This document shows, one piece after another, positions 48,965-57,722 of a stretch of DNA of 64,000 bases. The DNA lies in assembly GCA_964631575.1 (NCBI GenBank), contig CAZVYD010000001.1:33262-97261 (forward strand), given 5' to 3'. A model generated the notes under the pieces. It did no database searches. It had not been told where the DNA came from and worked only from the letters and a program-made list of their open reading frames with translations. How positions within the stretch are numbered: position 1 is the stretch's first letter; each line of letters opens with the position of its first letter. The DNA is from an uncultured Candidatus Bathyarchaeia archaeon (GTDB lineage: Archaea > Thermoproteota > Bathyarchaeia > 40CM-2-53-6 > JALHTG01). Both the position numbers and the translations under genes were made by a program.

Positions 48965-49681
48965 TCAAGCCTCATCGATTTTCGTTCTTGTCCGACAACA
49001 AGCTCGACGGATGATCCCCAGCAGAAGAAGCGCCTCTCTGTTGGACAGAAGTCCTCGCGAGATTACGTTTCTGAAAGCTCTTACCGCTTTTGTTCGCCTA
49101 TGACTTGGAGTCTCAACTAGACGAGTAAGCTTCTCGAAATATTCGATTAGCCGTGCTCTGCTATGAGAATCGACTGGCTGAAAGGCTTTCCTAGCTCTGT
49201 GCATGTGCTTGTATAGCTCATAGAGTACTATTGCAGACGCAGCAGCCATGTTGAGGGTTCTGTAATTCTTGTTTGCTGGGATTGTTATGATTGCGTCGCA
49301 TCGATCCAGCTCCTTGTTGGACAAACCTGTGCTCTCCCTCCCAAACACGAGACAGATCTTCTCGTCGCTCGATCGAGTTTTCTGTGCATATTCTTCGGGA
49401 GAAAGAACAACTCTGAGAACGTTTGACGGCCTTTGACCGGGAATGGCTGTGGTTCCAACGATTTGGCCACAACCCTTGAGTGCCTGGTCAAGGGTCGTGA
49501 CTATCTTCAGCCTTTGGAGGATATCATCTGCATGAGATGCGTATGCTCTCGCTTCCGAGCCGATTTGTGTCTTTGGGTTTACAATCCACAGGTCGGTGAA
49601 GCCGAAGTTTTTCATAATCCTTGCCATCGAACCAATGTTTCCTTCATGCTCAGGCTCTACGAGAATGACTCTGACTTGCAT
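48965..49681 (-). CDS. SPOUT-class RNA 2'-O-methyltransferase (TrmJ/TrmH-like)
   Basis: SpoU N-terminus VILVEPEHEGNIGSMAR and C-terminal knot region LNMAAASAIVLYE. Confidence 0.7.
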   Translation of the reverse strand: MQVRVILVEPEHEGNIGSMARIMKNFGFTDLWIVNPKTQIGSEARAYASHADDILQRLKIVTTLDQALKGCGQIVGTTAIPGQRPSNVLRVVLSPEEYAQKTRSSDEKICLVFGRESTGLSNKELDRCDAIITIPANKNYRTLNMAAASAIVLYELYKHMHRARKAFQPVDSHSRARLIEYFEKLTRLVETPSHRRTKAVRAFRNVISRGLLSNREALLLLGIIRRACCRTRTKIDEA

Positions 49682-49691
49682 GAATCTTCAC

Positions 49692-50498
49692 TTAGAACTT
49701 GAATATCCTTTGGACTGAACACAGACAATTCGAGAGATTTTCCAATTCAGATGTAGTCAGTTGGAAGATCCTCTTCTCAAGGAGGGCACTCGGTCTAACA
49801 AGGTCTTCCAGAGAGCTCTTCATCGCTGGGTCCATGGCGTGTTTCAGAACCCCTCTGAGGGTCCTCTTTCTTTGAGAGAAGAGGTGTCTAACCATTCGAT
49901 CTAGGTAGTTCTCATCGACAAAGGTTGTTCTGACTCTTGGAACGATTTTGACAATGTATGAGTCTACTCTCGGTACTGGCCGGAAAGCTTTTCTCGGTAT
50001 AAAGTCGAGAAGCTCCACATCGGCTCTATGTTGCACTGCAACAGTGAGTCTCCCATAGTCAGCTGACCCAGGTTCTGCAACGAGTCTCGACGCGAACTCC
50101 TTCTGGAAAGTCATAGTCATAGAGCGGAAGCCCTCTTTCAGAAGAAGGAATATCAGTTTTGAGGAGATGTAGTAGGGGGGGCTGCAAACCACTTTGTCGA
50201 AAGTCGGCAATGAAATCTTCAGAACATCTCCCTCAATTATTTCCACTTGGCTCTTGCCACGGAATCTTCGCCGCAGTAGATTTGCCAGCACCTTGTCCTT
50301 TTCTATGGCGATAACTTTGCTTGCGCTTCGTTGAAGGGCGGCTGTAAGGTTGCCGGTGCCGGCTCCTACTTCGAGGACCTTTTCTCCGCTCCGCAACATA
50401 GCATAGTCTACAATTTTCTGAAGCACTGCTGTGTCGACTAGGAAATGTTGGCCCCACCGCCTAAGGCGGCGAATTCGACTGTCGTTCCTTACCGACAT
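49692..50498 (-). CDS. ksgA: 16S rRNA (adenine1518/1519-N6)-dimethyltransferase KsgA/Dim1
   Basis: GQHFL, EVGAGTGNLT and SPPY motifs. Confidence 0.9.
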   Translation of the reverse strand: MSVRNDSRIRRLRRWGQHFLVDTAVLQKIVDYAMLRSGEKVLEVGAGTGNLTAALQRSASKVIAIEKDKVLANLLRRRFRGKSQVEIIEGDVLKISLPTFDKVVCSPPYYISSKLIFLLLKEGFRSMTMTFQKEFASRLVAEPGSADYGRLTVAVQHRADVELLDFIPRKAFRPVPRVDSYIVKIVPRVRTTFVDENYLDRMVRHLFSQRKRTLRGVLKHAMDPAMKSSLEDLVRPSALLEKRIFQLTTSELENLSNCLCSVQRIFKF

Positions 50499-50504
50499 AG
50501 CACC

Positions 50505-51110
50505 CTAGATAGCCCTCGTGAAGAGCCTGTACTTTGATTCCTCGCTCAGTTCTTCAATAATCCTCTTTGCAATAGTCTTCGCTGGGTAAGCCAGACCAGC
50601 TCTCGTCTGAATATCCGCGAAACTCTCAAAAAGCTTCCTTTCACGTTGGTTGACTATTTGCCACATGGATTTTTTTCCGATTCCCGGGAGAATTTCTAAT
50701 GCGTGCATTCTTGATGTGACTGCCTGAGCCTTATTGAAGAAATCCACGAATTTCTTCTCTTGGTTCTCGATCAACTTCTCTAAGACTACGGGGAGCTCTG
50801 CCTTCGCTGAAGCGGTCAGTTCCTCGTAGCTGATTCTGCCTATTATGCGATCTACTTTCTCTCTTCTCTCCTTTCCCACATAGATCCTTTCCTGCGTTTC
50901 CACAGAGCAACCAAGCTTAAGCTCCGCCTCAAGCAGCGTGAAGTAGTCTTCACCCAAGACTTGAATCGTGGGAGCTGCAACATGCCTGAGTCTGTCCGGC
51001 GATGACCTACCCGTAGGCAGAAAGTCCAGCACATAGGCATATTCCTCATAGAGTCGCTTCGGTACCTCGATGCCCGCCCCTCTCTCGGGCGGTCTATCTG
51101 TTTGAGTCAA
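50505..51110 (-). CDS. DUF655 family protein (conserved archaeal KsgA neighbour)
   Basis: EEYAYVLDFLP N-terminal motif and HhH-like C-terminus; conserved synteny with ksgA. Confidence 0.6.
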   Translation of the reverse strand: MTQTDRPPERGAGIEVPKRLYEEYAYVLDFLPTGRSSPDRLRHVAAPTIQVLGEDYFTLLEAELKLGCSVETQERIYVGKERREKVDRIIGRISYEELTASAKAELPVVLEKLIENQEKKFVDFFNKAQAVTSRMHALEILPGIGKKSMWQIVNQRERKLFESFADIQTRAGLAYPAKTIAKRIIEELSEESKYRLFTRAI

Positions 51111-51480
51111 GAATGAAATCCCTGCCTAAGGCCTAGCTAGCTACTCTCTCTCGACGGAAGCTTGCGTAGAACTCGCCGGTGAAGCAAAAGGCCTCATTTG
51201 TACCAAAACCGTCTCTAAGAGGACTTGGAATTTCATGTTATAAACCTTCCCTAGGAATTTAGGTTCCATAGCTGTAATGCCCCAACGCCCGAAACCCACT
51301 ATACTCTGCTCACTACTGTCCGTTGATCTCCTTGAAGGGATCTCAGCAACTAGATAGCTGAGCCGTCTGTTTCTTCCTCACGCTGCGGCCTTATGCTCTG
51401 GAAAAGAATCGCCTGCAGTTCAGGATATGTGACACCCTTGTTCTGGAGGCAGTTTAGTCATCACTGACGGTCTTAGGGAT

Positions 51481-51816
51481 CTACTCTCCTGCGGCGTGAG
51501 ACACTAGCCTTAGTATTTCTTCAAGCTGGTCAGTTGTGATTACCTTGCCTTTTGTCGTTAGTATCGTTCGGAGCTCCTCTTTGGTCTTGGGCATGCAGTT
51601 TACCACTTGGATCGCTTCGGCTTGGCTTAGCTTTCCCTTCTCCACGAGTTCCTTGAGGAGTCTGTCAGCTTTCGAGGAGCTTGTCTTGCTGAACTTCGTC
51701 GCAAACGCCAGGGTTCTTCGTTGGAATTCTCCTAACTCTTCCTCCTTGAATCTCTCAAGTATGCGTTTCGCTTCTACGATCGTAACATCTTTCTGATCTA
51801 CTATCCTCCTTGGCAT
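51481..51816 (-). CDS. rpoF: RNA polymerase subunit F (Rpo4)
   Basis: VTIVEAKRILERFKEE-type Rpb4-like N-helix; conserved position between L21e and DUF655. Start at internal ATG to avoid overlap. Confidence 0.55.
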   Translation of the reverse strand: MPRRIVDQKDVTIVEAKRILERFKEEELGEFQRRTLAFATKFSKTSSSKADRLLKELVEKGKLSQAEAIQVVNCMPKTKEELRTILTTKGKVITTDQLEEILRLVSHAAGE

Positions 51817-51820
51817 GGCC

Positions 51821-52129
51821 TTATCTTCCTCGGCCCTCAAGGTGCTCGGGTCTAACTAGAATTATGGCAGATCTACCTCCTGCCGAAACATTGACTATGT
51901 AGCTTCTTCCTCTTCGTCCAGCTATGACCCCTATCTTCCCATAAAACCGTCTATGCGGCATCCCTCTATGGATACCAGGATCGGTCTTTATGCAAACCTT
52001 GTCTCCCACATTGTAGGCTTGCAGTAGCTTGCTTATACTTATCTTACCTCTCTTTCTATGGTCTTTCCGGAAGAGAGCCCTAGTTCTAGAACGATAGCCT
52101 TTTGATCTCTTGACCATGAGCCTCACCAA
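51821..52129 (-). CDS. rpl21e: Ribosomal protein L21e
   Basis: KRSKGYRSRTR...GIHRGMPH motifs. Confidence 0.85.
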   Translation of the reverse strand: MVRLMVKRSKGYRSRTRALFRKDHRKRGKISISKLLQAYNVGDKVCIKTDPGIHRGMPHRRFYGKIGVIAGRRGRSYIVNVSAGGRSAIILVRPEHLEGRGR

Positions 52130-52181
52130 GTATCAGGTTCGGGCGCACCCCTCTCGGGCCGCCTTTCATATACATTTTTCC

Positions 52182-53465
52182 CTATGGTTTCATCTGAAAG
52201 AGTCCCTTTCGAAGCATCATGGGCTGCCGTCGTCGCATCATTTTCATCATCTTCTTCATATTCGAGTATTGAGTGACCAATTCCTTCACTTCCTTCTCGC
52301 TTCTTCCGGCTCCTCTTGCAATTCGTTTGGCCCTTGACGAATCGATAACCTTAGGTTCTTGAACCTCTTCCTGCGTCATTGACTGTATGATGACTCTCCA
52401 CGCACCTAGCTTTTGCTCGGCTGTATCCATGGCGTCTTCGGGTATGTTGAAGCTGCCTGGAAGCATTCTGAATACTTTCTTGAGTGGCCCCATCTTTCTT
52501 AGGGCTTCCATCTGTTCGTACATGTCTTTCAGCGAGAATCTACCTTCCAAGAAGACTTTCGCTTTTTCTTCAGAGACACTCATCTCAGCCTCTTTGACTT
52601 TCTCCACTAGGCCTTTGATATCTCCCATGCCGAGAAGTCTGCCAACGAAGGCGGATGGGACAAATTCCTCAAGATCGTCAAGCTTTTCTCCGGCTCCTAT
52701 GAACTTGATCTTCACTTTGGTAGCTGCGACGGCTGAAAGGGCGCCGCCGCCTCGCGCTGAGCCATCCAGCTTGGTGACGAGTATCGAGCCAATGGTTGTG
52801 GCTTCCGCGAATGCTCTAGCCTGAGCCATGGCCTGCTGGCCAATTGTGCCGTCAATTGTCAGTACGATTTCATCTGGACGTATTGCTTCTGCCAGTTCCC
52901 TCATCTCTTCCATGAGGTCCTTCTCGTTTCTATGTCGTCCCGCCGTATCGATGATTGCGATATTACTCTTCTCCTTTCCAAGGTGTGCGACTCCGTTCTT
53001 AGCTACCTTCCATGGCGCTTTCTCGGAAAGCTCTCCGTACACTGGCACGCCTATCCTATCTGCGAGTTGTTTCATCTGCTCAAAGGCTCCTGGTCTGAAG
53101 GTGTCGGCACATATCAGCCCTGGTTTGAGGCCTCTCTTTTGGTAGAATCTTGCAATCTTGACTGCACTAGTGGTTTTGCCTGAGCCCTGAATCCCAACTA
53201 GCATCATAACAAAGGTCTTTCCGGGTTGGACCAATGTTTCTGACGGCTCTTCGCCCAAGAATCTGGTAAGTTCTTCGTATAGGACTTTGATCACATGCTC
53301 CCTTCTTGAGACTCCTGGTGGGAGACTTTCCTCGATGGCTCTCTCTTGTATCTTGGAGGAGAGCTGGAGAACCAAATCGACATTTACGTCGGCCTGAAGC
53401 AATGTCCTCTGAAGGTCTCTGACTAGTTCTTTTACTGCAGCCTCATCAACCAGTGGGAGCCTCAA
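52182..53465 (-). CDS. srp54: Signal recognition particle protein SRP54
   Basis: N, G (GIQGSGKTT...DTAGR) and M domains. The N-terminal homology (LSALENIGKSLNEAIRKL) continues upstream of the TTG at 53465 to about 53519 with no ATG/GTG/TTG in frame (see findings). Confidence 0.9.
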   Translation of the reverse strand: MRLPLVDEAAVKELVRDLQRTLLQADVNVDLVLQLSSKIQERAIEESLPPGVSRREHVIKVLYEELTRFLGEEPSETLVQPGKTFVMMLVGIQGSGKTTSAVKIARFYQKRGLKPGLICADTFRPGAFEQMKQLADRIGVPVYGELSEKAPWKVAKNGVAHLGKEKSNIAIIDTAGRHRNEKDLMEEMRELAEAIRPDEIVLTIDGTIGQQAMAQARAFAEATTIGSILVTKLDGSARGGGALSAVAATKVKIKFIGAGEKLDDLEEFVPSAFVGRLLGMGDIKGLVEKVKEAEMSVSEEKAKVFLEGRFSLKDMYEQMEALRKMGPLKKVFRMLPGSFNIPEDAMDTAEQKLGAWRVIIQSMTQEEVQEPKVIDSSRAKRIARGAGRSEKEVKELVTQYSNMKKMMKMMRRRQPMMLRKGLFQMKP

Positions 53466-53658
53466 CAGTTTTCTTATTGCTTCGTTTAGGGACTTGCCGA
53501 TATTCTCGAGGGCGCTCAGTTTTCGGTCTCCGCCTTGTTTCTATCGAGTATTCTTGATATGTTCAACGTGATTATCTCCCTTCCTCTCTTAAACATTAGC
53601 TGCATAGATGCAACAAGTCTTTTTTGAACCGGCATGAATTGGCTTCAAGGAAGGAGAT

Positions 53659-54399
53659 TTGGAATCTATCATTGTTGTTGAGAGGAAGGAGATCCCTCAA
53701 GGCTTTACGCTTATCAACGGCCTTCCGGACGTAGGCCTAGTTGGCGTCTTGGCGGTGTCTCACCTAGTTTCCTCCCTTGAGATGGAGGAAGTTGGGTCGA
53801 TTGAGTCAGAGGCGCTTCCGCCGCTGGTTGTTCTTCACAAGGGTCTGCCGAAGCCTCCGATGCGGATCTTCTTCAAGGAGTCGCTTGCCGCAATAGTTTC
53901 CGAAACAGCTGTCCCATCGGACGCAGTTTATGGCCTTGCCGACGCTGTTGTGAAATGGGCAGTTTCAAAGAAGGTCAAGATGGTCATTTCGGTCGGAGGG
54001 ATGGCTGTTCAGAATCGTCAGAATATTGAGAAGCCCAAGGTTTTTGCTGCGCTAACTGACGAGAGTTTAATCGAGATACTCGGACATTCTGCTGAGGTTC
54101 TCCAAGAGGGATATATGGTTGGGCCATATGCCTTGATTCTCAAGAAATGCCTCGATTCTAGGATAAGTGCAGTCACCCTGCTAGCCCAGTCGTTCTATAA
54201 CTATCCGGATCCAGAGGCTGCAGCGGCTGTGCTCGAATCCTTAGAGAAGATTACCGGAGTTAAATTAGATGTTTCTGAACTCCTGCAGAAGGGAGAGGAG
54301 ATCCGCTTAAAGGCAAAGGACATCATGCGGCGTACGCAAGAAGAAATGTCTAAAATGAGCAAGTCACAAGAGTATGAAGTCCCTCCCCTCTACATATAG
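53659..54399 (+). CDS. PAC2-family proteasome assembly chaperone-like protein (PbaA-like) with C-terminal HbYX-like tail
   Basis: INGLPDVGLVGVLAVSHL N-terminus (PAC2/DUF75); C-terminus ends PPLYI (Hb-Y-X). Confidence 0.65.
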   Translation: MESIIVVERKEIPQGFTLINGLPDVGLVGVLAVSHLVSSLEMEEVGSIESEALPPLVVLHKGLPKPPMRIFFKESLAAIVSETAVPSDAVYGLADAVVKWAVSKKVKMVISVGGMAVQNRQNIEKPKVFAALTDESLIEILGHSAEVLQEGYMVGPYALILKKCLDSRISAVTLLAQSFYNYPDPEAAAAVLESLEKITGVKLDVSELLQKGEEIRLKAKDIMRRTQEEMSKMSKSQEYEVPPLYI

Positions 54400-54807
54400 G
54401 TGGCCGTCAGAATGCCCGAGCCGAGAAGGCGTCGAGCTTTCAACATAGAGAGTGACTTGGCAAGACGCAGAGATGAAACCTTTGGGTCTGGTTGGGACGA
54501 GGTGACGAGTTCCATTGAGCCCCTGTCAAACATCACGGTCGGCGTAGAGGAGATTACAATTACGCTGGATGTGCCTTTCGTTGACCAGAAGCAGGTCAGG
54601 GTCCAAGTTCATGGCAAAGATGTTCTTGAGGTCTACGCCAAAACGAAACGGACTGTTAGATTTGATGACCTAGGCATCAAACACAGAAGCGGAGAGTTCA
54701 CATGCTATCGTGCTTTAGTGAATCTTCCTGAACATGTCGACGGTGCTAGGGCGACTCATCATTTGAAGCGTGGAATATTGGAGATACGCTTACCCAAGTT
54801 ACGCTAG
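54400..54807 (+). CDS. Hsp20/alpha-crystallin family small heat-shock protein
   Basis: Alpha-crystallin domain (ITITLDVP...VRVQVHGKDVLEVYAK...LEIRLPK). GTG start directly abuts the upstream stop. Confidence 0.75.
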   Translation: MAVRMPEPRRRRAFNIESDLARRRDETFGSGWDEVTSSIEPLSNITVGVEEITITLDVPFVDQKQVRVQVHGKDVLEVYAKTKRTVRFDDLGIKHRSGEFTCYRALVNLPEHVDGARATHHLKRGILEIRLPKLR

Positions 54808-54825
54808 GAACCAGTGCCATGGCAG

Positions 54826-55773
54826 CTACTTACTGTCTTTGGGCAATCTCTCAAGGGCTGCAGCGACTATAAGCGGAAAGCATACGACAGCGTCGCCTAT
54901 GACTGTCACATACTTGGCTCCTCGACGTATCTTGCCCCAGCTTATGGCCTCCTCCAAATATGCGCCGCTGAGACTGCCTGCTTCCGGACGATCCATCGTG
55001 ACTTGGATCGCAAGATCAACTCCCTCCCGTAGGATGTTGGCCATCAATACGTGATGCTTGGGACTCCCTCCTCCTAGGATTATGGCCGCAGACTTCTTTG
55101 CCTCTAGCCCTAGCTGCATCAGGCGTTTCAGGTCTTGGAGTAGATCAATGGTAAGTGTTTTCGTTTGGCTGTATGTCCAAAGGTTCAGGCCAACCATTGA
55201 GTCAAGAAATCCCGGCGAAAATATAGGGACGTTCCGGGCTCTGCATTTTGCCAATATGGATGAGGAGTCGCTCAATTTGGTTGTGACCTGATTCAAGAAA
55301 TCTTGCAAGGTCAGATGTCGTCTTCTATCCTCCGGGAGCTCGTCCAAGACTTGAAAGACGAGCTTCTCTAAAGCCTCAAATGCCTGTAACCGAACGTAAA
55401 CGTCTCCTATTCTACCGATTCCATCTTTGCGGAGTTGTGGATCGTTGGCGGAGAACGATCCAACGAAGTGTCGATAACCTAATCCCTCAATGATGTCGTG
55501 GACAATGTTGGCTCCAGTGGTTACGATAGCGTCAACGAATCCTTGGTCAACAAGCTCCGCGAGGATTTGTCGTAGTCCTCCTGCAACGAGCGGTCCGGCC
55601 AAAGACAGGAATACGGTGTACTCTTTGTCGGAGAACATTTCGGTCAGTATTCTGGCAGCCTGACCGATTCTTCCAGCTCCAAGTATTCCGCAGGCATCCA
55701 TCTGCTGAACAAGCTGGTTCACTGTCATATGCGGATGGACTATCATCTGCTCAACAGTTTTCATATTCTCCAC
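54826..55773 (-). CDS. dys: Deoxyhypusine synthase
   Basis: Full-length DHS pattern (GGGSPKHHV..., NAD-binding GxG). Confidence 0.9.
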   Translation of the reverse strand: MENMKTVEQMIVHPHMTVNQLVQQMDACGILGAGRIGQAARILTEMFSDKEYTVFLSLAGPLVAGGLRQILAELVDQGFVDAIVTTGANIVHDIIEGLGYRHFVGSFSANDPQLRKDGIGRIGDVYVRLQAFEALEKLVFQVLDELPEDRRRHLTLQDFLNQVTTKLSDSSSILAKCRARNVPIFSPGFLDSMVGLNLWTYSQTKTLTIDLLQDLKRLMQLGLEAKKSAAIILGGGSPKHHVLMANILREGVDLAIQVTMDRPEAGSLSGAYLEEAISWGKIRRGAKYVTVIGDAVVCFPLIVAAALERLPKDSK

Positions 55774-55822
55774 TAGTCCTTGCTTCCTGAACGCTGACAG
55801 GATAAGCTATGATCCTAGGGCT

Positions 55823-56218
55823 TTAGGATTTTATTCTAACGATCTTGTTTCTACCGAGCATCCGCCAGTACTCAACTTCTTGGCCAGGAGAAACCTTTCC
55901 TCTTACATCTTCCTCGTTGGGAAGAGCCGTGTCAAACATTTCGTAACTCTCTACATCCATTAGCTGAAGGGTATCTCCTGTCTGTGAGATCACTTGCGCT
56001 GTCTTCTTCTCTATGATTGGGACGTCGAGCTTTCCATCAACGGGGCTGATTACAGTTCTCTTGCTGTTCGTAAAAACTCCTATCGCGACGATTCTTGCCT
56101 TTGCTGCTCCATGCTTTCCCGGTTTACTCTTCTCATACTCCACTATCTTGCATGGCTCGTCGTCTATGACGATGTACTGGCCGATCTTGAGTGAACCAAC
56201 ATCTACTGGCTTGCTCAA
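55823..56218 (-). CDS. eif5a: Translation initiation factor 5A (aIF5A)
   Basis: Hypusine loop SKPGKHGAAKA; 131 aa. Confidence 0.9.
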   Translation of the reverse strand: MSKPVDVGSLKIGQYIVIDDEPCKIVEYEKSKPGKHGAAKARIVAIGVFTNSKRTVISPVDGKLDVPIIEKKTAQVISQTGDTLQLMDVESYEMFDTALPNEEDVRGKVSPGQEVEYWRMLGRNKIVRIKS

Positions 56219-56346
56219 TCTTCACACCGGTCCAATCACACTAAGCGTCAAGTTAAATCTAAAAGGCTTGCCACCCCTCTACATGAAACAAATCCACTTC
56301 AGGTTTATAACAAAACAGGCCGATAGTAAGTGCCGGTGCTTAGTCA

Positions 56347-57204
56347 TTGATTAGGAGAATCGGCGTGGTTTCGAGGCTCGACGACAGTGATGCTTTGGAG
56401 ACTGCAGCCGATCTCTTTAGTTTCATTCTCAGCAGAGGTCTTACTGGTATACCTGAAGAAGAGTTTGCACGGCTGAAACGCCTTGGCGGCGGAAAGCCCC
56501 TCTCTGAGATGAAGGCTGACCTGATAGTTACCGTCGGAGGAGATGGAACGGTTCTAAAGACATCCATGCTTATTCCTGAATCTGAGACCCCAATTCTAGC
56601 AGTAAACATGGGAAGGCGAGGATACCTCACTGAAGTGTCACCTGAACAGGGAAAAGAAGCCATCAAAGATTCTCTGAAAGGAAAGATTCGACTGGAGGAA
56701 CACATGAAGCTCTCCGTGGTTCACGGCAGTGGATCTAGCATTGACGGTCTGAATGAGGCCTTGCTGGCACCCGCTGTTCCCTACAAGATGATGGCTCTCA
56801 ACATAAAGGTTGGAGGGCACGATCTTGTCGATTGTCGTGCAGATGGATTGATTGTGGCTACGCCCACCGGCTCCACGGCTCATGCTTTTTCGGCCGGAGG
56901 GCCGGTCTTGGATCCATCGCTTGATGCCTTCGTGCTGGCCTTCATCTGCCCTGTTGACCCAATTCATCCTGTGGTTGTTCCAGCGAAGAAGGAGATCTCC
57001 ATAGAGTTGAGTAATGCGGCCTCCCGAGCCTCTGTAGTTGTTGATGGAAGACACCATCAGGATCTCGCGCCGGGAACATCGATCCTGATAAAGAAGTCAA
57101 AGCATAAGGCCGTATTCGTCAGGTTCGACCGGCCGAGGCTCAAGAGAAGCCTAGTACGCTTTCCAGCAGCGGGGATCGGAAGAAGTGAGAGTGCTGGTTC
57201 TTGA
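56347..57204 (+). CDS. nadK: NAD kinase
   Basis: GGDGT motif, NE/D short motif and conserved C-terminal beta-domain. Confidence 0.85.
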   Translation: MIRRIGVVSRLDDSDALETAADLFSFILSRGLTGIPEEEFARLKRLGGGKPLSEMKADLIVTVGGDGTVLKTSMLIPESETPILAVNMGRRGYLTEVSPEQGKEAIKDSLKGKIRLEEHMKLSVVHGSGSSIDGLNEALLAPAVPYKMMALNIKVGGHDLVDCRADGLIVATPTGSTAHAFSAGGPVLDPSLDAFVLAFICPVDPIHPVVVPAKKEISIELSNAASRASVVVDGRHHQDLAPGTSILIKKSKHKAVFVRFDRPRLKRSLVRFPAAGIGRSESAGS

Positions 57205-57712
57205 CACTTCAGCATTCCTTGTGGGTTTCAATCCGCTCTCCGTGAATCATAGAGTATTCACGGTGCCTGCAGTTGAGCGGGAAATCTCTGTAACGAGCAT
57301 GGCTATGGTTCGTTTCTCTGCCGCACGCGACTCAGGTAGACTTGATGTGAAAAAACCCAGTGCGGCTTCCCAATCGCGCGTTAAAGAGGAATCACTGAAA
57401 TTAGGAGAACAACTGGTGCTCTCAGAAGCCGATTCTCAAATTCTGGCGTTGGCACTTGATCTAAAGGACTGCGGTCTGGAGCCTGTGGTGGTGAGCGACG
57501 ACTATGCCGTTCAGAACGTGGCGGAGACACTGTCTATTGCTTATACTTCGCTTGCAACCTTCGGCATATCATATGAGTTCAACTGGATTTCCTATTGCCC
57601 TGCCTGTTTCAGGCGCTACCCTCAAACTTATCCCTATACCGAATGTCAGGTCTGCGGAACCGTGCTGAAGAGGAAGGTTTTAAGAAAGCTTGAGGCAAAG
57701 AAGAAACTCTAG
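57185..57712 (+). CDS. nob1: Nob1-like PIN-domain endonuclease with C-terminal zinc ribbon
   Basis: PIN N-terminus VLVLDTSAF plus CPAC...CQVCG zinc ribbon; overlaps nadK by 20 nt. Confidence 0.65.
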   Translation: MRVLVLDTSAFLVGFNPLSVNHRVFTVPAVEREISVTSMAMVRFSAARDSGRLDVKKPSAASQSRVKEESLKLGEQLVLSEADSQILALALDLKDCGLEPVVVSDDYAVQNVAETLSIAYTSLATFGISYEFNWISYCPACFRRYPQTYPYTECQVCGTVLKRKVLRKLEAKKKL

Positions 57713-57722
57713 GAGGTTTGCT

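Noticed and set aside
51420-51466. Possible box C/D sRNA on the minus strand (GUGAUGA ... CUGA) in the 370 bp gap
   Set aside because: No convincing internal D'/C' boxes, spacer lengths off, and flanking sequences do not form the terminal kink-turn stem.
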